A DNA stretch of 63,364 nt, filler included, from Conidiobolus incongruus B7586 (Eukaryota): NCBI GenBank assembly GCA_000697335.1. It is 21 parts of 21 records of this genome, joined end to end, with 100 filler letters (N's around TTAATTAATTAA, not from the genome) between each part and the next. Parts side by side here need not be neighbours in the genome. Positions count along the whole stretch, not along the records: positions 52,887 to 56,798 come from JNEM01004008.1; positions 56,899 to 58,035 come from JNEM01004011.1; positions 58,136 to 60,275 come from JNEM01004013.1; positions 60,376 to 61,799 come from JNEM01004016.1; positions 61,900 to 63,364 come from JNEM01004018.1; 16 more parts are not named here. The stretch is one strand, 5' to 3'. Shown here piece after piece: positions 52,787 to 63,364 of this stretch; positions within the stretch are counted from its first letter, which is position 1; every line of letters starts with the position of its first letter. The position numbers and the translations under genes were made by a program. The notes beneath the pieces were generated by a model that made no database searches, was not told where the DNA came from, and saw only the letters and a list, made by a program, of their open reading frames with translations.

Positions 52787-54060
52787 NNNNNNNNNNNNNN
52801 NNNNNNNNNNNNNNNNNNNNNNNNNNNNNNTTAATTAATTAANNNNNNNNNNNNNNNNNNNNNNNNNNNNNNNNNNNNNNNNNNNNATAATATAAATTAT
52901 TCTTTTAAATTTAAATAAATATTAATTAATATCCCCTTTTAGCTTTAAAGTAGTGAATCTAATAATAAATAGTAAATATTAATAAAGTATTAGCTTCATA
53001 AGTTATTTGTAGATTTTAAATGATTTTAAAGGGTTTATAGTTAAGTTTTAATAATACTAAAATTAAAGACTTGTTAATAATCATTATTTAATTTAAATAT
53101 AATTAAATTTAAGTTTTTAATTAAAAATATTTTAATGAATATATAATTATAAATGATATATATATATAGTTTAAAAATATTAATTCTTTTATATATTTTA
53201 TATTTAATTAATTTTTCAAAACCACTAATATGTTTGAAATATCAGAAATTAAAAAAATTTACCATTTTTTCTTTCAAAACTAATATGAATAGAATTTGTA
53301 TAAGAGTCAAGGATATGGTATGAAAATTTTTATTCAATATACATTATCTTTGGTAATTTTATAGTAATACAATAGATTTCCAGCCTTTTATTGAATATGT
53401 AAAATATAATTATCATCAAAAAATGTATAGTATATATAAATATCAATTTTTAATTATAAATACTAATATTTTTTAGGCTTTATAATTATATACTATGTAC
53501 TAAAATTAAAACAAAACGAAAAATCAACCATATGTGATGATTTTGTTTGATTCAAGACAAAGTAATACCTTGATTAGAATAATTCATAACAAGTTGACCA
53601 GTCTAAATAAATCGAAAATACTTATTACAATTAGTAATATATATATATATTTGAAAATTATTTTTAGTAATATTTACTACAATCCTAATATCATACATTT
53701 TGTATTGCATTATACTTTGTGGTTAATGTAAATCAATCGAATTGTAAAAAATTTAAATTTCAAATCTGGTTCAAACTTGATAAATTCAAATATTAATCCA
53801 CAACTAAAGATTATAAATTTATAACTAAAATAGTATATTTTATATAGTTGAATAATCCATAATTGATCTATTAATTATTTTGAAAAATTCGTAAAATTTC
53901 ATTACAAATCATCAAAACAATTGACAAAGATATATATTAAGTGATTTTTCAACAATTTCAATCAAATGAAATATCCAAACTTAATTGGAGTCATAGAGGT
54001 GATTTGAATTGATCGAAATACAATTAATAAGTCAAATTTGAATATACAATTTAAAACATA

Positions 54061-55187
54061 TTAACCTCTAAAATTTGGAACTGGGGTAGGCTTAGTTTGG
54101 AAGATATCTTCGATTTCTTGAAGAATTTCAGGCGTCAACTTTTCAACAGCATCAAGAGCCTTCAAGTTGTCTTCAAGTTGTTGAATCTTGGTAGCTCCAG
54201 TGATAATGGTTGACACATTAGGATTTTTAATAATCCAAGCAAGAGCCACTTGAGCAGGTGTGAAACCTAATTTCTCAGCAACAGGCATGAATTTGCTCAC
54301 CTTTTCAAGTTTAATCTTTCCTTCAGGGGTATTGTATTTGTCAGCCATTATTTTACCGTAACCCTCCTTGGCACTTAAACGTGATCCCTCAGGAATACTA
54401 TTGTTATACTTTCCAGTTAAAACACCAGATGCAAGTGGACTCCAAACAGTAGTTCCTAATCCGAAGTTTTCAAAGATTGGAAGGTATTCTTTTTCAATCT
54501 TTTCTCTTTCGAATAAATTATATTCAGGTTGTTCCATAGCTGGTCCCTCTAAGCCTAATCTCTGAGCAACTGCATGGGCTTCAGTGATCTGTTGAGCACT
54601 CCATTCACTAGTACCCCAGTAGAAAGCTTTGCCTTGATTGATTAAGAAATTGAATCCACGAACGATTTCTTCCATAGGAACTTCAGGATCAGGACGGTGA
54701 GCAAAGATCAAATCCACATAGTCCATTTGAAGACGTTTCAAACTGGCATTAGCACCTTCAATCAAATGCTTCTTAGAAAGACCTTTGGCATTAGGACCCC
54801 AGCCTCCAGTACCAAAGAAAATATTGGTAGAAACGACGATATCTTCACGCTTGATATTATTGTTCTTAATAGCTTTCCCAAATATAATTTCAGAATGACC
54901 CAAACCATATAATTCGGCATTATCAAAGAAATTGATACCATTTTCAAAAGCAACTTTAATTAATTGATCAGCCAAAGCTGTAGAAGTTAATATTAGTAAA
55001 GCTTGATTATCATATATTATGAATTGAATTACCTTGCTCAGTATCAGGGCCAAAGGTTCTATAAAAATAATCCATAGATTAATATGATGATATAAAAGTG
55101 AGTGAATATTACTCACGATAAGCCAAAGGAGAGGACAGAGACTTTTAGACCAGAACTTCCCAATCTGCGATAAGTAATTTGAGTCAT
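54061..55187 (-). CDS. Aldo-keto reductase, Kv-beta (AKR6)-like; 3 exons
   Basis: Exons 55117-55187, 55033-55058 and 54061-54977 give MTQITYRRLGSSGLKVSVLSFG...GINFFDNAELYG...SLKRLQMDYVDLIFAHRPD...GKAFYWGTSEWSA...WSPLASGVLTGKY. The ORF-track start at 55116 lies in an intron. Confidence 0.93.
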
Positions 55188-56898
55188 TTTTAATAACCTT
55201 TAATAAGTTTAATAGCTTAATTGCTCATTCTTCAAGACTTCAATCCATATATTTATACTAAGATTAAAGGACTGGCATCTAAGTTGAATTAATGATTTCC
55301 GACTTAATAATTAATTATTAATCGATTTAAGTTACAAAATATTTTGCACAAAATTCGGGATTAAAAAATTTTTTTAAATTTTGAATTTTATCCACCCATT
55401 ATTTAATAATTAAATATAATTATGACAAATAAAATAAGTTTTAAATTCTTGTAATAAATTTTAATATATTCATTTTTGTAAAATAATCAATATTATGCTC
55501 ATTGATTGACATTTCAATTTATTTTAATTTGTGGTCCTAGTTTTAAATTTTAGTCACCGCAAATTGAACATCAAGTTATGAAATAAATTTATTCAACAGT
55601 ATAAGTTTAAATTAATAAATTGATTATAATTATCTGATTAATGTGTTTAATTATGTGGCTTATTGAATCTAAAACATTATAGTTAATTCCTAAATTAATG
55701 ATTGAAAATGTTTATTATAGAAAATCTTCAATATTGATATCAAATTACACAACCAATATATATCTTAAATACTTTAAAAATTTTTTAGTCTGAAATTTAT
55801 TAACTAATTATCAGATATATAATAATAATTTATGGATATATTGATATTATCCAATCATTTATATTATTGATCAAATGAAATAATATATTTTAGGCTTTAT
55901 ATGATTAACATTAGAAATTTTATGATTAATAATTATAATTCCGAAACAAATTTTATTTTAATAAATTTTTTTTCAAAATTAAGATATAAAATTATTATTT
56001 AGTCAATTTAATTTAACGTATAATTTTAAATGACTCAAAAGGTTTAATATAAGATTAGGAATATGACATATATATATATATATTTTATGTTTTAACTATT
56101 TTGTAATAATGGATTAAATATAACTTTTGAATATTGTATAATGATTCTTAATTTATTTTACACTAGTAAATTTATTATTCAAGATTTGAAAATTATAATT
56201 TTATAAATTACTTTTATTGAATAAATTAATTTATATTAATATAATATCAAATTTCTTCAATTGGTTGTTATTATTATTCTCAAAAATTTTAATTTAAAAT
56301 ATTTAATTTATATATAAAATAGCAAGTTTGTAATTTTTTCTTTTCATTTTATATATTTTTAATTTAAGGAAAATCTATAAATAGCTTGGTAATAATAAAC
56401 ATTAATTTTTATATAACTTTTAATAATATATATATATATTATTTATTGATGATTTTATAATTAGTTCCGCTGGTATATAGGCTAATTAAAATTGTATTTT
56501 TACATTATAATAAGTTTTAATTTATATTTCAGAAAATTATATATTTTAATTTAAAAATTTTATTTTATAGATATAAATATATACTAAAGATTAAATCTCA
56601 ATATAGTATCTAATATATTATTAAAAAAATTAATATAGAATTAATGTTTTCTTTTTAAATACATTTTGTCATTATTTAAAAGCATTATAATCTGTTGATT
56701 ATATTCGATATAATTTCTCTATCCCAAATTTTTAATTCAAAATTATTTATATTATAATTAAATTTTTCAATATTATTTGAAATAATAAATATATTTAANN
56801 NNNNNNNNNNNNNNNNNNNNNNNNNNNNNNNNNNNNNNNNNNTTAATTAATTAANNNNNNNNNNNNNNNNNNNNNNNNNNNNNNNNNNNNNNNNNNNN

Positions 56899-58035
56899 AA
56901 TTTAAATAAACTTATATTAAACTATATTATTATTATAAATTTCTTATTTATAATATAACTATATAGTTAAATTTAATTAATTATTAATTGATATATTAAA
57001 ATTAAAAGTATATTTAAAATGAGTTATGAATTTGTGGGTTTTAATATTAATAGAAAAATTAATATCTAGTATATTTATCTTTTGCTTTTTAACTTTTTTA
57101 AATTTATAGGGTATAAAATTAACTAGCTTCTTATATTAAGTAAAACTAATATTATTCTAAGCTTCTTAAATATACTCCTAAAGTTAATCTAAATTTTTTA
57201 CTAAAAGGATAATTTTAATTGATTTTTTTTAATTGATCCTAAAGATATTTAACTGAGTTAAGATTAAAAGATTAAAAAAGCTATTTTATAATAGTTATTT
57301 TGTTATTTTTAAGCTATTTAATAGTAAAATCTATAGTATAACAAAAAATATCATTTTATTGGAAAATAATATTTAATTTATTTAACTTATACTATTTAAT
57401 AATTTTTTTTAATTTATTTTTTAAAATACTTTAATATATCTCAATATTAATTCCTTTATTAACCTTACAAAGATATCTTATACTTAAAGATAATATATAT
57501 CCTTAAATTATAAATAACCTATCATTATATTTTTGGGTTATAATAACATATTAACTATAAAGTAGTTTTTTATTTTTTTTTTTAAAATATTTAATTTTTT
57601 TATTAAATTTATTAAAATATATCTTTATTTCATTAAATTAAATAAAATTACTATAGTTAGTTTTAGTTTAACTTTAATATTAACATTTAAACTCCCATTT
57701 AACTTTATAATAAGACTTTTTTAATTGGGGTTGTATTTTCTTAAGGTATAAGTAATATCTAATCTAATATAAAGTATATATAATAATATTAATATTAATT
57801 AATATTCTTGTATAGTTTTATAATTCTTATTATATATTTATATTAATATTATACTTACCTGTATTAATTAATCTATAAATATACTTTTTATTATATTTAT
57901 TTATAATTTTAATACATTAAAGTTTTAGTTTAGATGTTTTTTTAACATTGTTTTTAATAACCCTAGCTATAATAAATTAACTAACACTAATAATTTTAAC
58001 AATCTTACAAGTTGATTTATCTTTATTATAAAGTT
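56899..58035 (-). mobile_element. Tc1-family copy (subtype A)
   Basis: Reverse complement aligns to ~31643-32777. Both ends fall in gaps. Confidence 0.87.
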
Positions 58036-59078
58036 NNNNNNNNNNNNNNNNNNNNNNNNNNNNNNNNNNNNNNNNNNNNTTAATTAATTAANNNNNNNNN
58101 NNNNNNNNNNNNNNNNNNNNNNNNNNNNNNNNNNNTAGAAAAAAATACCATATTTAATATATTTATTAAATAATAATTTATATAATTAAAAGATCAAATT
58201 ACAAAAAAAAATTATAGAAAAATATAATTAATTTATAAAATATTAAATTTTAGTTTTTATTAAAAATTTATTTTTTATATATTAAAATTTTATTAAAAAT
58301 CTAGCAAAAAGATATTAATAATAAAAAAATATTGATTTTTTATTTTATACTTATTATAGCAAGTTATATATTAAAATATTTATTTATTTTCAATCTCAAA
58401 AAATTCTCATTAATTAAAATCTGGTGTAATAGATATTTTTCATTATTAATATTATATATTAAAGTCAGTTTTGGTTATTTAACAAAAGAGTTAATGTTAA
58501 ACCTTGATAAAATTATTGAGGATTAGAAGCGATAATAAAATTCTTTTACTATGGAATATTATATAATATCAAGTGGAAAATATTTTAAAAAATTCAAATA
58601 CAATGTTTTCAACTTTAAAATACAAAATAATATTATTTAATTTTATGATATTTTATTAATCTGTTGAATAAATAATTGGCTAAAATATATAGCGAAAATA
58701 ATACTTTTTTAATATTATTATGGTTGAAAACATAATTAATTGATATTTAAATAAATCTAAAGATTTATAAAGTCTAAAATATAAAAATAATTAGCATTAA
58801 AACAGAAGGAATGTTAAAAAGTTATTAAAAATGTATTATTAGAAAAATTTTCGTTAAAAATAATTGAAAATATTATTAACACCACTTATTTGTTTAAGAT
58901 TAATTCGGGTGTAACCTTTTATTTTCAAAATAATAACAATTACCATTTAAATTTTTTAATTTAATATATAAATAAAGTTTGAATTTTGCTATATTTTGAT
59001 AGTGATTTATTGCAATTTTCATATTAATTCTTTTTAGAAAAATCTGGAATAACTTCATGTACTTTAGTTTTATAAAAT

Positions 59079-59413
59079 TATCACTGCTCTTGACGGAACA
59101 GTGCTCTGATCAGAATCAATAAAAAGGACTGATCCAGGATATTCGGCTATAAGGTGTATTGAAAGGAAGTTTTATTGATTCCGCCAAATAATAGAGATGA
59201 CCCAGTTTGCGCTGGTCGCGATATGAATCATCCAAATTCCGAGATTTTATTATATAGGTCGAGTAAAATGATTTAGTAATTACTATGGTGACTTGGCTGA
59301 ATAGTCAATCAACGAACGAAGAGTAAGTGTATCTGAAGGTGAGAGAAGAATAATCATTAGATTGAGTTGATGTAAGGATACTAGATGAGAGTTGAGGTTC
59401 CTGTCTTATAACA
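59079..59413 (-). mobile_element. Probable solo LTR (~335 bp), unmutated; a structured ncRNA is not excluded
   Basis: Minus strand starts TGTTATAAG and has CTATATAATAAA (59246-59257) followed by AATAAA (59171-59176). CpG-rich island in AT-rich DNA. No clean TSD found. Confidence 0.45.
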
Positions 59414-60535
59414 ATATATTCAAGTATTATACCTATATTATTATTTACTTTATACAGTCATAATATTATTAATATCCCAAAATAAATATTTTGTAAAATT
59501 ATATATTACTGTAAATAAAATTATTTTTATAATAATAAGAGTTTTAATCAAAATTATGGCATATATATATATCAGTATTGCAAATTTGTTTAATAAATAA
59601 ACTATTTAAATGATATAATAATTTTTTCAATTAATTGACTTAAAGTTCTATAAAAAGTTTGTCAATGAAAAGGAATTATCTTTTGGATAATATCTTTAAT
59701 AAATTACTAAAATTGCGTTATTTTAAAATTGATATATATAATGATTAATTTTATATAGTATATAAATAAAAATAATTAATATTACTTATGTTAATCTCTT
59801 AAGATTTACTTATCATAAATATAATTTAATAACTTAATATTAAGCGATTAAATCATAATAATTAAGCAATAAAACTACTAATTAATTTAATATTTTATAA
59901 TATATTAAAAATATAAAAAATATAAAATATAAAGCTTTTATTCTATTTCACTAAAAATATTATATAATATGATTTTTTTGAAATTGAACTATAATTTTTA
60001 ATTCATTATTTATTAATATAAATATATATTCACATTAATATCTTTTTAAATATCAATGATTTTTTACCATATTTTAACCATGCTTCTAATATATAAGAAA
60101 AGCGCTTTATGTTAAAAACTGAGATTTGATAGTTTATAAATAAAGTTAATTTTTTGAGAATTTTTTTATTAATATATTTCTTTATATAAGGAAATTATAT
60201 TCCTATAAGTTATAATATAATTAATGATATAAATATTATAACTTATTAAATTATAATATTGTTTATAGCATTAATNNNNNNNNNNNNNNNNNNNNNNNNN
60301 NNNNNNNNNNNNNNNNNNNTTAATTAATTAANNNNNNNNNNNNNNNNNNNNNNNNNNNNNNNNNNNNNNNNNNNNAGTTAAATTAAATTTAATTATAATT
60401 TAATTTTTAAATCTTAATATTTTTTTAATTTTAAAAATTTATAAAAACTATAAAATAAATGAAGAATTATCATTAAATATATTTATTTATTATAATTTTA
60501 ATATATTTGATATAGTTTTAAATATTATAATTCTA

Positions 60536-61799
60536 TACTAATTTATAAAAATAAATTATAAAATTAAAAACACTTATATTTTTATTAATAACTTAATTAA
60601 TAAAATAAACCCAAATTAGATTATTAAAATTATATATATTTATTAATAATATTTAGTTATTAATTGATTAAAATATCAACTTTTAGATTTTATTTGAAAT
60701 AAGTTATAAATTTACAGGTTTTAGATGATAAAAAAATTAAAACTTAGTATATCTATCTTTAACTTTTTTAATTTCTTTAAGTCTATAAGATATAAAATCA
60801 ATTAACTTATTATATTAAAAATAGTTAGTCTTATTCTAAATCTCTTAAATTTATTTCTAAATTTGATTTGAATTTTTTATTAAAAGGAAAGCTTTAATAA
60901 CTTTTTTTAACTAATTTCAAAAATTTTTAATTAAATTAAAGTTAAAAGATTAAAAAAGCCATTTTATTATTATTATTTTGTTATTCTTAAGATATTTGGT
61001 AATAAAAGCTATAATATAACAAAAGGTATTGTCTTGTTAAAAAATAATATTAAATTTGATTAACCTATATCATTCAATATTTTTTGAATTTATTATTTAA
61101 AATACTCTAATATATTTTAATATTAATCCTCCTATTAATTTTATAAAAATATCTTATATCTAAAGAAAACATATATCTCTCAATAATAATTAAGCTATGA
61201 TTTTACTTTTAGGTAAAATTAAAATAATAATCATAAAGAAGTTTTATATTTTTTTTAATCATTTAACTTTTTTATTAGATTTACTAAGTTATATTTTTAT
61301 TTTATTCAATATATAGCTTTATTTTGATTAATTTTAATTTAATATTAGTAATAATATTTAAACTTTTATTTAATTTTATAATAAGATTTTTTTAATTAGG
61401 GGTGTTTTTTCTTAAAATATAAGTAGTATTTATATTAATATAAAATATATATAATAATATTACTATTAACTAATATTTTTATATAGTTTTATAATTCTTA
61501 TTATATTTTTATAATATTATATTTATTTATATTAACTAATTTATAAATATATTTTTTATTATATTTATCAATAATTTTAATATACTTAAGTTTTAATTTA
61601 AGTGTTTTTTTAATATTATTCTTAATAACCTTAATTATAATAGATTAATTAATATTTATAATTTTAATAATCTTATAAGTTGATTTATTTTTATTATAAG
61701 GCTAATTAATATAAAAATGAATTTTTTGAAAATAGGATTTAAATAATAAATATTTAATTTTAAAATATTAACTTAGTATTTTTATAATAAATATAATAT
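60536..61799 (-). mobile_element. Tc1-family copy, apparently an A/B mosaic
   Basis: Right TIR starts at 60536 after TA. The 3' flank is B-type, while the 5' flank and N-terminal coding part are A-type. Confidence 0.85.
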
Positions 61800-61899
61800 N
61801 NNNNNNNNNNNNNNNNNNNNNNNNNNNNNNNNNNNNNNNNNNNTTAATTAATTAANNNNNNNNNNNNNNNNNNNNNNNNNNNNNNNNNNNNNNNNNNNN

Positions 61900-63230
61900 C
61901 AAAATATATTATATATTTGTATATTTGGTTATAAAAAAAATAGGACTTAGTATATTTATTCTTTGCTTTTTTAATTTTCTTAAGTTTATAAGGTATAGAG
62001 TTAATTAACTTCTTATATTAAAAAAGATTAATTTTGTTTTAAGCTTTTTAAATATATTCTTAAAGAACATTTAAATTTTTTATTAATAGGAACATTTTAA
62101 TTATTTTTTTAACTAATCCCAAAGGTGTTTAATTAGATTAAAGTTAAAAAATTAAAGAAACTACTTAATAAATATTATTTTATTATTTTTAAATCATTTT
62201 GTAATAGAAATAGTAATATAACAAAAGGTATTATCTTGTTAAAAAATAATATCTTATTTATTTAACCTATACCATTTAATAATTTTTTTAATTTATTATC
62301 TATAATATTTTAATATATCTCAATATTATTTCCTTTATTAATTTTATAAAGATATTTTATACCAAATGATAATTTATATTATTGAAATATAATTAACCTA
62401 TTATTATATTTTTCGGTTAAAATAATATAATGGTTATAAAGTAATTTTTTTTCTGAAATATTTAACTTTCTTATTAAATTTATTAAGGAATATTTTTGTT
62501 TTATTAAATTAAATAACTTTATTTTAATTAGTTTTAATTTATCTTTAATAATGACATTTAAACTCCCACTTAACTTTATAATAAAACTTCTTTAATTAAA
62601 GATGTTTTTTTTAAAAAACAAGTGATATTTATTTTAATATAAAGCATATATAGTAGTATTAATATTTACTATATTTTTATAATAGTATTAAATTTCCCTA
62701 TATTAACTAACCTATAAATATATTTATTATCATATTTATTTAAAATTTTAATTTATTTAAGTTTATATTTAAATATATCTTTATTTTAATTTTTAATAGT
62801 TTTTAGTGTAATAAACTAACTAACACTAATAATTCCAATAATTTTATAAGTTAATTTACCTTTATTATAGAGATAATTAATATTTAAATAAATCTTTTTT
62901 AAGAGGGATTTAGGTGTTTTAATACTAATATCATTTAAAATAATAATTTAAAATAATAATATTAGTATATATATAATTTAATAAAAAAATAATTTAAGTA
63001 ATTTTTGTTTTATATATCTTTTTGATTGATAAACGTATAAATTTATGACTCATGTTATTTAAAATTTAAGATTTGATATATTAACCAATAATATATTAAA
63101 TATAATTATATATAACCTATTATAATCAGGTAATATATTTTAATTTAAATTAATTTAGTTAAGATTTATTTAAGTTATAGGTAAATATATAGGTGATTTT
63201 TATTTTATAACTCACTTTTATGGGCTATTA
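61900..63230 (-). mobile_element. Tc1-family copy (third variant) with left TIR
   Basis: Decayed transposase at ~61925-62920. Left TIR reads TAATAGCCCATAAAAGTGAGTTATAAAA on the minus strand and abuts (TA)n. Inner repeat at ~63031-63055. Confidence 0.85.
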
Positions 63231-63364
63231 TATATATTCAATATAACTAATAATTATTATATTTATTATTTTTTAAAATATTATAAAAATTAAACTAAAA
63301 TGATTATTATCTAAAAACTGATATTAAAAAGTAAAGAAATAATTTTTAAACAATTTAATATTAA

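Noticed and set aside
54978..55116. Hydrophobic N-terminus of the 351-aa AKR ORF suggesting a membrane anchor
   Set aside because: It is read-through of two introns and an out-of-frame micro-exon; the true start is at 55187.

Overview
Very AT-rich fungal genomic DNA. An early-diverging, Conidiobolus/Entomophthorales-like host is my inference from the FKS1 gene, 49-63 nt GT-AG introns and extreme AT content. The window is broken by 20 assembly gaps, each carrying an artificial TTAATTAATTAA spacer. Six host genes are supported: a small I78-type protease inhibitor, a 5-exon AAAP amino-acid transporter, a 4-exon DUF1295 protein, a 5'-truncated PARP catalytic domain, an intronless 1894-aa 1,3-beta-glucan synthase (FKS1) and a 3-exon Kv-beta-like aldo-keto reductase. 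Between them lie decayed transposons: a full-length Ty3/Gypsy element with both LTRs, a second Gypsy remnant, nine large Tc1 (DD34E, IR-DR-type) copies plus end fragments, several solo LTRs and a mariner fragment. Long repeats are saturated with C>T/G>A transitions, while genes and short solo-LTR-like islands keep their CpGs. This points to a RIP-like, repeat-targeted hypermutation process and is the strongest candidate for an under-described system here. Other highlights are echinocandin-resistance-type substitutions in two FKS1 hot spots, a compact H-Y-E PARP, an arthropod-like mariner relic, and an AKR lacking its catalytic lysine.
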